From positions 65,625 to 129,624 of the forward strand of contig NMRA01000081.1 in NCBI GenBank assembly GCA_002633005.1: a stretch of DNA of 64,000 nucleotides, in the 5' to 3' direction. The position numbers and the translations under genes are program-made. Origin of the DNA: Phoronis australis. Its lineage: Eukaryota > Animalia > Phoronida. The notes under the pieces were generated by a model. It ran no database searches. It had not been told where the DNA came from and saw only the letters and a list, made by a program, of their open reading frames with translations. This document shows positions 26,901-40,529 of this stretch, piece by piece (position 1 is the first letter of the stretch; every line of letters starts with the position of its first letter).

Positions 26901-29539
26901 AACTACATGTGTTTGGTTATATTACAGGGACAGTACCACCGCCACCGCTGAGGACAACAGTGAAGAACACAGACCCACCATGGTGACACCAGTACAGGGT
27001 GTGCTGAGGACAAAGGTGGAGGGAGGTCAGTGACATCTCGTGGCGTACATGTGATTCACTGTTCTTTTTATTGAGTGTAGTTGGATGGCAGACACCCTGT
27101 GCTGGATTTTGGAAATGAGCTGCAAAACGACACTGTTGTTATACAGTCAAACGGTGTTGCAATGATCTGTCATGGGACTTCACTAATCGTTTGTTCTGAA
27201 TGCGGTTTGCTGTAACCAAATCAGCTTGCGTACAGTGCAGTTGGATAGAAACTTGTGGAATGAAACAATATAAACTACTGTCATTGTAAGGTGATTTGTC
27301 TAATTCAACATTTCTTAACGTTTTCGTAAGAATTTTCCGTTTTCGCAATATGCCATTCACTGTCGCTTGATTCTAGTGAAGGGAGGCATATCCTTGTGTG
27401 TTGCTTACTTTCTCTGAGACATTTAGCAGACAGTGATAGTTATGGCTAAGTGACTGGATTTCTAGATTAATTTTGTTCAAGGCAACACCGTGTCTGCTGC
27501 GTTACAGGTGAAGGCACAATCCCTCTTGAAGCTGACTTCATCACACCCACGTTCGACGGAATACAAAGAGGAGAACGACTTAGAACCATGTCCTGCTCTG
27601 ACAAGTTGTGTCGTTGGAATGTGCTTGGCATGCAGGGGGCGCTCTTGTCTCATTTCCTGGAGCCGGTGTATTTGTCATCGCTGACACTTGGTAAGATTCA
27701 AATTTACTGCAAATGAAAAAAGATCAATTATGCAACCACATTGGAGAATTCTAGCTGACTAGCGTTAGTTCGCTGCAAAAATCTTTTCAATCGCTTTGTG
27801 TTAGTTACTTTGACCAGTTTTAACCAGATTTGCAGTCGCATTTGTTCAACGCTGAATCATGGATAATGAAAAACTTGCAATATGGAAAACCATTGAAAAA
27901 ATTATACTGTTGCTCTTTTTTATCAATGGCCTATTTGAGGAACATTAAATGTAAACCACTTAAATACTGTCCCTGTTTAAACACAGTGATTTACAATAAT
28001 ATTACAGGTATTCATCCGTAGGTGTGGAAACAATATAACTTAAAATCCTAGGTTGACTGCATATATTCTTTCAGGTTATCTCTATCACCATGGTCATCTT
28101 TCACGAGCCATGTGTTGTCGGCTGACCAAGGCAGGTAGTTCCATCGACCTGCAGACATCCCTCCCTGAAGGCTTCAGGCTGAATCACCCCCGACTCGGAC
28201 GGGTGACTGTGTATGACCCACCACGTGAGACGCAGAAGACTAAGGCCATGAGTCTCAACTGGTGCCTGTATGACAAAGCGCCAGAAGTGATTGATGGCAC
28301 AAAAGGACTGTGCACTACAAGGTATGTCGCACGTGTTATTGGCACAATAGTATCTCTGAATACTCAGAAGGACTCTGGTGTTGGTGAAAATTTGTGCTGA
28401 AACACAATTTCAATAAATACGTAAATGCACGCACTGAAGTGAAAATTTCAGTTACCACAATTTTTACTACACAATAGGACACCAGCTGTTCTTGTAGTAC
28501 CACTGAGAAAGGGGTCATAGAACTCACCAGGTAATGATTCTTACAGCCAACGAACACATAGTTTATGACATAATTGGAGTGTCTTTTGGAATTACAGACA
28601 TGGCCAGTTGTCTCAAGAGGACCATGTAATTCATTGGGCCATTGTGTTCCCATTAGGAAACTTGTACAGTGATTGACAGATGGTGAATTTCGACTGGGCC
28701 CAGCTATGTCATGATGTACTGTACTTGTGAAATGTATTTTCCAGGTCTCCTTTGTCCTTCAGATCACACATAACAAATGACAAGACACTACTTTTAGTGT
28801 CAATGTAAGAAATGTCATTGCTGAATCAAACAATCATTAAGTTTCTGTAACCATAACATCGCAGTTACTAAGGAATAGAATGTGTTTAAAGAGTGCTGTC
28901 ATTGTATCGTGTATGTTTTTGGTGAAACTGATTTTTTTTCCTGATGGTCAGTTAGTGTTCCTAACTGCACTTCATAATGCCGTTGGTCAGATGGAGGTCA
29001 CTGAGTGCTTCAATGAAACAGTCATGATTACTAACGTGACTTATGTAAAGTGTTTAAGTTCGTAATTTCAGCTTGACCTAAATTGGGCTGTATGGAAATT
29101 TAATGTAGTTCTGATTCACGAAATTTTCCTTCATTGTGCAAAAAAAATCAAAAAGAAACAAATGAATTAAAAGATATAGGCGCGAAAAGTTGAAACAAAA
29201 TTGATAACATTCTGCAATCTTTATATATTTATTAAAATAAGTAACTCTTAGACATTTAGCAACTTATTAAAATTCTAAAAATCTCGCTCCGTCTCACTCA
29301 GAATTGGTGCCAATCAAGACATGACAGCCCGGATTGCCAAGAGAAAGCTTTATGACATGTTCAAGCAGGTGTGTCACAAGCTAAACAGAGAGGATCTGCT
29401 AGAGTGCGCCACCTACAGGGAGGCAAAGAAGAAGGCAGTAGACTTCCAGACAGCAAAACAACTGATGGTTGATTCTTTTAAAGCTAATGGGTATGGACCG
29501 TGGGTCACGAAACCTGTTGAAGAGAAGATGTTTCCATGA
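20914..29539 (+). CDS. ADAR: Double-stranded RNA-specific adenosine deaminase, ADAR1 orthologue, 921 aa
   Basis: Exons 20914-21195, 22185-23323, 23846-23990, 25124-25307, 25578-25671, 25805-25960, 26928-27025, 27508-27690, 28075-28321 and 29302-29539, phase-consistent. Z-alpha motifs [13 protein letters not shown] and EANKILY..PPLW, ds[32 protein letters not shown], catalytic HAE, PCGD and SCSDK, the GEG flipping loop, and the ADAR1-type AMCCR motif. Confidence 0.96.
21277..21545. repeat. GC-rich intronic repeat fragment with a 45-bp tandem unit and a poly-C tract
   Basis: tgtggaccttttgttc(a/g)ggaaatctatc(t/g)gtggactaaaa occurs twice at about 21407-21492. Similar poly-C segments occur near 15375, 18570 and 58610. 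Confidence 0.55.
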
Positions 29540-31171
29540 TGTATTAAGGAATGTTAGACATCAGTAACTGTGAAGTTGAAATAGTATAAATTGAATCTTC
29601 ATTTAAAAAATAGGATAGCGTTGTTAGCTAAGGTGCAATTTCTTAAATAACTTTTTAAATATTAATAGCAAACCCATAAAACTGTATAGGTTTTTTAAAT
29701 CTTTGATGATCACAAAATATGTTATGGGCACAAAAATAATGCCCAGATGTTTTGAAATCATGTGACTGCATTTTTTAATTAAATGTTTTCTGGTATTTTT
29801 GTTGTACAAGACAATTTTATTATTCATTTGTAAAATAAGAAATGAAATTTAATTTAATTTGATTTTACTTGATGGCTGAACAAAAAGAGTATACCAGTTT
29901 CTACATAAATGGAATTCTAAATATTTGATGTTTTTGACTGAGTATTTTTCATTTAATTCTTGTCCTATAATTATAAGGAATGTCACAAAGTTTTGTGTCT
30001 GTTTTTTTGTTCTGGTGTTATAAATAAATCACCTACATTGTAAAAGTATCCATTGTTGTTACAGGGATGTTCCAGGTAGCATTTTTTCTTTATTTTTTTG
30101 GTTATTCTTGTTCATGCACTGTGCCCTTCTGATAAATTGGGTTTTGCCTAATATGGTAAAATATCATCAATTTAGTACACAATATGGCTGACAAGTGGAT
30201 TTTTATTTCATTTTTCATGAAAAATATTTAGCACTAAATTAATGGTTTTCCTTGTGCAGTTTCTGTACTACAGCGTCGGACTATTTAAGAAATTGTGGGC
30301 ATTCATGGCATTGTTAAAAGCCCTTGAAAATTGAAGAAAGTGCAATTTTAGCAATTATTTTTGTCCGAAATTGGTGAAATTTTACTGCACTTGGATAAAT
30401 TATCTCAGTCCAATTGGATCCAATTTATGTCAGTTTTGTTGGGTCGAGAGGCATTATAAACAGACAGAATTCTGTGTACTGTATTGCCCAATGGAAAATG
30501 TGCTCAGAACACAAGTTTTACAGTCCTCCCTGGACTTAGCTAACCGTTTCTTGTAATCCATAATTGACTTGAGGTACTAGCTATAATTGTCCTGAGGCTT
30601 GTGAAATGAAACGTCATCAGAGACCAAACATTATAGACCAATGGTTAAACTGGATAGATTGTATAAGGTTCATCAATGCTGTATCTGATTTTCACCTCTC
30701 AAGCGTTGAATAATTGTGTAAGATAATTCTTCACTTTTTTCGCCCAAAAGTAATTGGCACTGATATATTTTTCCATTTTTACAGGGTGATTACTGGTCCA
30801 AATATTAGTAGCTTACGAATTGTTTTAACATTTATTCAGAACAAACCAAACTAAGAAAACATTTTCTTCAGCTTCTTGTGGAATATTTTGACAAAACAAA
30901 ATTTTACTTGTCCACCATATTGTGTGCTATAAAATAGGGTAAAGAGTTACCATTTGATTTTTAACTGAGGAGCTTTAACAAATTGCCCTCATTTCCAAAA
31001 TGAAACAAAGCTGCACCGTGACTGTACAAATATATATTTAGACAAAAAATTAAGCACTTCTGTGTTTGCCAATATAACAATTATCACGCCAGATTTAACA
31101 GCTATATGATGGAAAATTTGCTTTAAAATTTTATATCGGTAAACAAATATAACACTTTTAAATGTGAGCAT

Positions 31172-34100
31172 TCAAGCTTTGTGCTCGTTCAGTTTCTCCA
31201 AAAGTTCGTCTGCATCGTCCGATGTCTTCACTCTGATCAACATAGGCGTGGCTCCTTCGATGCCTTTGATTGGTGGGTTGGGGACTGTAACCATCATCAC
31301 GTTGTTTTTACCCTGCCGACTGGTGGGTACCATTTCTGACAGAAGTATGTTGAGAAGAATAGTGCCTGTAAAGTACATTGTAATAGTCTTTTATTCCACT
31401 AAGGGCCTGTTTCGTGAAATGGACTTAAGTCAGATATTCAGTGATGCGCTCACACTTCATAATTTCTGAATGAAAGTTTAGTCAAGTAATTCCGAGTGCA
31501 TCACAGTCTAGAAATAATTTTTAGGAATTATCTCACTAACTAGCAGTTATGTGTAAATTCTCAGACTCGAAAGTTTTGCTCACGTGAGATTGAATTATTT
31601 TTCAGAGATGGTGTTGTCAAGTGCAATTTAATTATTTTTTAGAAATCTTTGTGGAGAGTTTATTCAGGCTGACCAAGCATTGAATTGTAAGTTTATATTG
31701 GGGTTGACCAACCCTTAAATTGTAGATTTATTGGGGTTGACCAACCCTTAAAATGCCAGTTCAAAAATGACACACATACACATTGCCAGTGATTTGAGTT
31801 GGAAAAGAAATCCTAGTAAAGAATATTATGAAACCAATTTTGCAAGAGCAAAAGGATTGTTTGTCCAAGCTCTTAATGAAGACGGCCTATTTAGGAAGAA
31901 AACGGGCTCATATCAACTTATAGCTGTTCCCACAACATCCCAAATCAAATAGCGTGACTTACCCAAGTTATTGTCAGCCCTGACTATCAGCTGCGTCTTG
32001 CCACCCTCCACAGGCTTTATGTGCAAGTTGCCAACCCCTTTGTCCTTCCACTCCTTATCTAACTTGTAAAACAGCTTGCACCTGAAGTAAACATGAGTAC
32101 ATTACATATCCACCTGACCTCTGAACTGCACACGAATTGTAAGTGAGGTTTTCAAATTACACCCCACTCGCATTACCATACGCTTTGTGTTTCCAATGAA
32201 ATAAACCTCCCCTGGTAGAAATAATTCCAAGCCCATAACAAAGATTTACATGCTCAATTAACTGGTGCATGTCATCATGAAAAGGCTCGACTTGTTGCTT
32301 GGCTGGGGTAAAGCACCTTGCGAGGCATAGTCTTGGTGTTGCAAGGTCAATAGACACTCTCATGGCATGGAATGAAACCAAGGATGATTATTACTATTAT
32401 TTACCACCACTTGTGGAAGGCATAAATGAAATTATATTAATAGATTCTGAAGTTTTAATGATAAACATGAGTAGAGTTGATAAAATGGGCCTGCATTTTG
32501 AGAACCATTTTTTCCATAAACTAACAAGCATCAAACTGGTTGACAAAATCTGTGACCTTCCTAATTAACTATTACTGGCCAATAAGGTATGTTTTTAAAT
32601 ATTACTAACAATTACTAATCAGATAGTTAGGATGATACAGTTTAGTATTGTGTATGAATATGAATCCAGTACATGAAAGTAACAAAAATCACACAAAAAC
32701 ATAAATTTCCTCATTTGATTCCCAGTTTCCACTTCATTCCTCTCTTTCTTCATTATTTTGACTTCATTCATGAAAAAGCATTTTGTGCTGTTAAATTTTA
32801 CTGCTGTACACAAAAAGTATTTCTATCACACAAGCCTCTTCATTTGTATAATGACGTGTCGCCTGGAAAACTTGTCACTGGTCATTACAAGACGTAGGCT
32901 GGGGATTTACCTGGTCTCCCTACTGTCCCTGCAATTTACATGAATTGTATTTCCTTCCACAGTGAACCACTGACAAATACATACAAGGGGTGGCACGATA
33001 CACACTTTTAGGAATTCGAATCGACCTGATTCTTCTTAGGAAGAATTGAATAATTTTAAATTTCATTCCTTTGGGTCTTATTAATTTATTTTTTTCTCTA
33101 ATATAAGTAGTTAACTTGCCACTCGTACCAATTTTAGCAAATACATCATGAAAAATTTCAATAGTGACAAACTTTTATTATTTCGTTTCACTTCTAGTTT
33201 TTTGTCAGGAAAATGAGTGTCGGCATTTTCTGTGATGAGCCCTAATGACGTCCCTGCAGTGGAAAATTGTTAAATATAAGATTCCAACTATTTAACGATC
33301 CTGAGTAGTTTTGTTGCTAAAGATCTCAATAATACTTGTCAAAAGATACAACTATTAAGTAATAACTTTGTACTAGGTACTTACTGGCGAAAATTGGAAC
33401 AAAAAATAGAATTGAAATGGGCCTTGGTATATTGATATCGAAAACAGTCAATCCCGCATTGCAATTCTATTAAGATTTGGTTAATCATCGCACCTTTAGT
33501 ACATACCTTTTGGTGTATACAGCACCCTCTTCAGTGATAGTCTTCACTTCAACAGTAGGTGGAACATACTCTTCATCTTCACCACCACCACTACCACCAG
33601 AGGTCTCTGTATTCGCCTTACTGGCTGACGTCTCAACTGCAAAAGAAACATAACTTTCAGACCAGGATAAAGTTAATGCAACTATCAAATTTCTAAATCT
33701 GAAATGCTGTGAAACTGATTACAAAACAACGAGCCAACCACAAAGCAGTCCCTGACAGTCACTTGGTTTATGAAAATTACAAGGCTACTTGCTACACAAT
33801 TTTGAGGTTCAGATAATTCCAACAAATTTAAACCCTGGCTCCAGCTTTAGGCTGGCTTTTGCTATTAGAATTTTTTATTAATTTTTAATCAACACTTTCA
33901 TAACACCTGGTTTCTATTCGATGTTATCTTGTATATGAGAATGCTTACCTCCCATCAACACGTTAATAGTTATTAAAAACACAAACTAAAGTATTTGAAA
34001 ATCCAACAACATAAAACGGAGAAAACAGAAACGTCAATGACTATGGTGAGTGATTTTGAACAGACCGAAGTAAGAGGAGCCATCAACAGCTATACGGGCA

Positions 34101-37100
34101 CAGACCATTAGGCACAGATCTCCAACTTCTGGTTCGGACCAGGCTGTAGGCAAGGTTACACTTTTATGTCCACTATGCTTTACAAGGTGTGGTTGAAATA
34201 TTATTTTTGTGGAAACTTATTCAAGCAAGAAATTAGCAAATTATTCAATACTGGAAAAACCACTCAAGCTAATACGGCAATCTTACTCAAGCTTACACAC
34301 CAACAACTGATAATGACTTTCTGAAACCGCACTAGTTGCAACAACTGATAAGACTGAAATGTACAGTACAAGACAAAAGTAATCGAACAAAATACCGTTT
34401 ACCCATCATGATGGCTAAATCTGTTAACAGTAAAAGTTACTGGCAGCAGCTATTATGGTTTCAAAATTCTAATTACGGAATGGCTTGTCCACCTTTCTTG
34501 TCACTTCCCTTTCATTTTTGGTCATGAGAAGACCATTCTGAAGTTGACTGGGTCTTCTGCACTGCCGTCATGACACGGTATTGTGGGCATTTTGTCTAAA
34601 TACTTTTTGCTAGTGCTGTAATTCTTAACTGAGAGATAAATAACCAAGCTTAATAAAAGTAATGTAAGTACTGACGTTGAGTGCGTAATGATACATTTTT
34701 GGAATTGAGTGCAATGGAAGGTGGCCATTCAAAGACTAACTAGTCAACTGCATGCACAACTTTATGAGCCGACTCTTCAGTTACTCTGAGCACAATCATC
34801 GTGATAGCAGTAAGTCATGGCAAACTAAGCTGCCACAAACGCGCTTTCCTTGATTTGAACCATGTGACTTACCATCATCAAACTGGTCTCAATTTGTACC
34901 GTGCTTAGAGCAGAACTGGGTTTTGGGGTTGGAAAGGACTGTTTTAAGCCTTGCTCGGTGCTGAAAGGACCTGCCTCGTCAAGCCAAGTTACTAAGTAGC
35001 TTCTCAAGCAATTACAAACCGTTATTTCTTTCCACACCCATAAATCACTGGCAATTAGAGAACGCAATGAAGAGACCAGTTGTAAACAAAGGTTAGTTTT
35101 TTGGATAGAAGATGGATTTATAGCAGTTTCAATGTGTCATTAAAAGACGATTGCCTGACCTTTCAATGTTCATTAGACTGAATAATGACTTCAAAGAAGT
35201 AAAAGAACATACCGAGGGGTTTGAAGCTGAACCCAGAGGTTGTTGAGCCAGTTGAGCCAAGCAGGTTCGATGAATTCGTACTAGACGTGAAACTGAACCC
35301 CCCCTGTGGAGGTTTGTTGACATCAGTTGCGGCTGGCGTGAAGCTCATCTGGGTGGTGCCAGAAGTTGACAATGTAGTTTCTGTAAAGGGTGACGACTTC
35401 TGGTCACTGGACTCAGCGGCTTTAGTGAAGCTGAACGTTGGAAATGGCGATGCTTTGGAGTCACTTTTTACTACAATGGAATAAATGACAGAATAGTGAA
35501 CAGAGAGTCCTGTGGCTTAGCTTGTGACAGTTATATATCACTTTATCATTCACAACTTGTTTTTATCAAGCAATACTACTAAAGTAAGCATAAATAACAC
35601 AGCTAGAGACAACTAAACTCAATTTAAAAAACTGACCAATTACCTAAAATTTCAAATTTTAATAGTAATATGCCACGCAATTGGTCAAGTTTTGAGAAAT
35701 GACTCAAAAAATCCCTACTCACATCACACAATGGGTACATTGTTTCTTAATCTCTCCTTCAGTTTGGTAGAATAACTAAACATATTCAGCTGTTTTCACA
35801 TTTCCTGACTCAAGTTACACCCTTAACAACATGCATCACCAAGTGATCTGATGAGACAACACATATATACCACCTCGAAAACTGAAAACCGGAATGGATA
35901 CTAACAGTTGTCAGTTGAAATACAACATATACTATATAGGAAATTTATATTGTTGCTTTACCAAAAACCGCTTTTTGAAAAGAAAAACTTTTAGTACGTA
36001 CTCGAGACTTTATCCTTCTCTACGGTAATCTCTTCCTTTTTAAGGCTATCGGGGTTGAGTCTCTCGATTTCAGCCAGGTGTGTTTCATAATCTTTAAATA
36101 TCGGTGTAAGAATACAAAGAGGATTCTTGTCGACATGTTCTTTAATCCATTTGCTCACACTCTCGTTGAGTGTCTTAAGCTTTGAGTAGTACTTTGCTTT
36201 ACTGGCCTTCGACGGTGAATCTGTCGAGTTCGTTGGCGACAGAACCGAACTCTGCGACGAGTTAGTGGAGCCAAATGAAAACGGAGGCTTTGCTTCGTCA
36301 GACTGGGCAGCAACAGAAGTGGATTGTAGGCCAAAAGAAAATGTCGGTTTGGGCGGTTCTGCCTCAGTACCGTTCCCTTTTGCTGCACTCACAGTCGTGG
36401 ACGTGGTTTTCTTTTCTGCAGAATTGCTGCCATTGGACAACGGCTTGGTACCAAAGTTAAACAACGAGGTGCTGGTAGTTCCACCAGAACCAAAGTTAAA
36501 GGTTGGTGCTGATGACGCAGCAGGCTTGGCTAGGCCAGTGAAACCTGCGAAGCCTTTGAAAGGGGATTTAGTGTCGCCTGGCTCCTGAAATATATACGAA
36601 AATCTTTGCTGGTTAATTCACTGTGAAATAAAGGAATGCTAGACAAGCTTATCAAACTTAAACAAAAACATCTCTGGCCCAATATCATCAACTTAACACT
36701 TTCAGTTGCAATTGAGTGATAGCCAGCCACTGAAGTAAGCAACATCATTTTGCTAGGGCTACTCAGCCCTGTAATTTTCAGAAATATTTTCTTCCAAACT
36801 CAGAAATGATCGTCATGACAACGGAGACAAAGATCCATCATAATAAGAAGAGATTTGAAAGCCTTTCGTAAGAGAGAAGAGGCAAATTTTGGAGTTTGTT
36901 TTTTTTCCACAGCTCAACAAGAAGAAATGTGAAATTCTAAAGGCTACATCGGAGTATTTGCATGTATTCTGAGAACTTGACTACACAAGGCCAGGGACAT
37001 ACATGGTTAGCAGGTAGACTTTTAAGTAAAATGTTCACAAAAGGAAAACAAGTAAATTTTAATGGAAGGAATGGTAGACACTTGACTAAAACAGTGAAAC

Positions 37101-38987
37101 TCATTGTCCATGCTTCACTAGTTACAAGTTGATACTTACTCCACCCGACAATTTTCTTCTGCGAGCCACTTTGATTTTCCTCTGGGCCAGCACGCTTTCG
37201 TCCGCAATTGCGTACCTGCCAGGCTAGTTAGAAGAAAAAATAAAATCCATTGGTACGGTGTAATAAAACTGCCAGATAACATGTGGAAGATTCTTACACT
37301 GTCAAGTTTTTTAGAACAGCATTACCTAGTTCCACATGGAATTTGAAAATACATATAACAGGATGCAACCACTAAAAATAAGGAGCATTTTAAAACATTC
37401 AGGGTAAGCTGGACTCAACATTGTTTTATAATATCCTAAAATTATGATGTTTATACAACAAGGCAGTTATTCACCAAGTAGAATATTCATGATTTCAGGA
37501 GGAAAAACACTAGGAACAGTCAATGAAGTGTGTTGGTTGAAATCCATACTCCACTAGCCCTGGAACATATCTCTGACATTACAAACAAGAAAATTTTTGA
37601 ATGAGTCAATTAAACCTCGACGATGGCCAATTTAGAGGCCATTGCATCAAATGCAATTTGATAGCTAAGCAATTAATAAAAATTTCTTCTGAAACACAAA
37701 ATAAAAAAAAATGATTTTCCTTCTGTTAAACATTTGGCAGTGAAGGGGTGACTCACCAAAAGGCACGTGCGACAGCTGCTACGAACTACTGTTGTAGTCA
37801 AAGACACTAATATTTAGTTCACTTACCATGCTAATAAAACTTCCCAAGTGTTCATTAGTTAGAAAAGACGGAATAAGGCCAAGAGAAAACCAGTACGGCA
37901 AAAAAGCATACTTGGTTCTGGTCTTTATCCCAACTTATTTCGAAACATGCACTCATCAACTAAAAAATGCCTGTCCGCATCAATTTCCGCCAAGGTCATA
38001 TTTTTTTTTTAAAACTGCACAATAAGGCGTGTAAACAAGAGTAAGTAAGATTTAGAATGCCACACTTTGTCAAGCGACCATTAAAAAATTCTACATCAGT
38101 TTTGGAGGATTTTCATTTATGAAAAGGCCACAACCAAAGAAATACTGCTACACAGTCATGATTTTCAAAAAAAAAAACCCAGAACCAACTAGTACGTTTT
38201 TTGGCCTAACAAACTGTCAGCTGTTACAAAACAAAGAAATCATTTCTAATTACAATGAGGAACAAAATGAAAACAGTTTCATAACATTAAGAGGCCCCAG
38301 TCAAAAATCATTTTTGGCAGTAGGCAAGTTTATGCAGCTTTTTAAAATTTAAGTAACTATTTAAATCAACAGAAGCGTTTGAAGAAGTGACAGATTTCTT
38401 AACAGAGAAGTCTGAATTTAAATGTCTGTATTTAATGCCTTTTGTATGTTTTCTACATACTCAGGACAGTCCAAACATTATGCAAGATGGCGATTTCGTG
38501 CCATTTCCCCTGCTCGCAAATGAGTTATGGACAACTTTCTTTCTAAGGAAAGCACAGAGTAGTTTACATATATCCCGAAACAGCAATTCAGTTTTTTCTC
38601 AGATTATTAGTGGTTTCACTTGACCTATTTATCCCTTCAAACAATAGATGCACTCACTTGACCTATTTATCCCTTCAAACAACTGATGCACTCACTTGAC
38701 CTATTTACCTTTTCAGGCTATTGGTCATGTTATTTGACAGGTTTACCTCTTCCTATCACTGGTTAAATTATCCCTTCAGATTATTGGGTCATATTATATG
38801 ACTTATTTACTACTTGAGACTATCAATCGGTTGGAATGTAACTCTTCAGATTACTGGTCATATCATTTTACCTGTTTTAAAATTTCAGGTTATTTGTCAT
38901 ATTACTCGACCTATTTACCTCTTCAGCCTCCTCTTCCTGGTCCCAGTTCCTGTCATTCAACTCGGTAGTTGCGTTTCGTTTGGCCAT
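31172..38987 (-). CDS. NUP50: Nuclear pore complex protein Nup50, 478 aa
   Basis: Exons 38987-38919, 37223-37140, 36584-36002, 35470-35213, 33636-33507, 32081-31963 and 31365-31172, phase-consistent. N-terminus [23 protein letters not shown], FxFG repeats, [13 protein letters not shown], and C-terminal Ran-binding domain [29 protein letters not shown]. Confidence 0.96.
31697..31752. repeat. Short tandem duplication in the last NUP50 intron
   Basis: tattggggttgaccaacccttaaa occurs twice. Confidence 0.8.
38617..38926. repeat. Degenerate ~38-bp minisatellite containing the NUP50 first-coding-exon splice donor
   Basis: Repeated gacctattta(t/c)c..ttca core. The first two units are nearly identical and the last unit is the real donor (minus strand GAG|GTAAATAGGTC). 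Confidence 0.75.
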
Positions 38988-39820
38988 CTTACTTGAAACA
39001 CAGGGTAATCTACAAAGTAACACAATGCAATATTAAACATATTATTATTCCGCTTCTGTTAACTTGAAATGAACTGTGTGCAATACTATGAAAACAGATA
39101 AGTGGGTTGAAGAATCAGCGCAAACAGAGATTGGCCAATAGACAGCACTCAATTTCATGGCACTCAAAGTTCATACATATGTTCACATCCAAACCCAAAG
39201 TTCTCAACAGGTGCTCTACAAGTGGAATTTTGTGGCTAACCCATTTTTCCGTTTCTGCCACATATTCAGCGCCAAATAAGCAAACATTGGGATCAGATGA
39301 CATTTTTTGCCTCACCAATTTTTATATGGCACATAGTCAGTGCCAAAGGGGTAAACTTGAATCACCCAATAACGAAGAATTCTCATCTTTTTATTTCATG
39401 CAAAATTCGTTATTGAATGCAATTTACACTGCACCATTCTCGCACATCAATAAGACATATCTGGACTTAGCCATACAAAGAGTTTAGTTTTTCAATTGTT
39501 CAAGTTACAAAAGTATGAACAGGGCTAACAAATTAGGGAGTTTGCGCTTCAATTCATCTAGTTTGGATAGTCAACAACTTTGATGCCAGGTATTTTTTCA
39601 ACCACGTATTGTCTCGTATTTCAAATTGCAAACTTAACTTTATGGAATACACATGTAGTGTCCATTACTAATGGCATTAGAGAACACCAGTTTAACTTTC
39701 ACGTCAGCGACTAGCATCATGCTTACGGCAAAACCTATGAACTTCATGTCTGTGTACTTCAATTTCAATCGTCAACCAAAAAAATGACCAGAATCTGCTC
39801 GGCCCCCGTAACAGTGATAC

Positions 39821-40425
39821 TAGACATGTAGTGATGACTGTCCTATTGTTGGTGCCAGTAGGACGGTGGAGCTCCTATAGGCGCTTCACACACCAGAAAA
39901 TTTTCGGCAAATTATGCCTTGCACTGACTAAAACATCAAAGTCACATTGTTGTAAATATCTTTTGCACACAAAGGGATACCTTAGGAGGCCGTCGATGTA
40001 TGTAATTCCTTTCAACTTGAATAAATACTCCCGTTATCAAACTTTTTCTTTGAGCAGTCCCTCGTTCAGTTCCCAAAATCAGTAACTCACCATTTTTAAT
40101 ACTGCGGGCGCCAGGTGGTATAACGCCATATCCCCGGGAGTGCGTAGTGTTCGAAATGGTGAGTTACAGATTTTGGTAACAGAACGAGGGACTGCTCACA
40201 GAAAACGTTTGATAACGGGAGTATTTGTTTGAGATGGACGGAATTAAATACATCGACGGCCTCCTAAGGTGTCCCTCTATGCGCAAAAGGTATTTATAAC
40301 AACGTAGCATTGATATTTTAGTCAGTGCGAGGCATAATTCGCTGAAAATCTTCCGGCTTATGAAGCGCCTATAGGAGCTTCACTGTCTCTACTGTGGAGC
40401 CAGTAGAGACAGTGGTCACTGTCTA
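39821..40425. mobile_element. Foldback (palindromic) non-autonomous DNA transposon, Mutator-like
   Basis: Arms 39821-40106 and 40143-40425 are imperfect reverse complements with termini TAGACA...TGTCTA. A 9-bp direct repeat CAGTGATAC flanks it at 39812-39820 and 40426-40434. Confidence 0.88.
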
Positions 40426-40529
40426 CAGTGATACAAGACCGAGGTCAATTTTCTACGCATATTTTAATTTTTCGACATCCGAGTGTTTACTCAAGTGGCC
40501 TGATGTTGATAGTTCATGAAGTAGACCAT

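Noticed and set aside
35221-36588. Plus-strand ORFs of 87-107 aa
   Set aside because: Antisense shadows of NUP50 exons. Similar shadows overlap kinesin, ADAR and SLC45A3 exons.
38617-38926. Repeat array as a possible CRISPR
   Set aside because: Degenerate tandem units without unique spacers, no cas genes, and a eukaryotic intron context. The same applies to 57981-58114.
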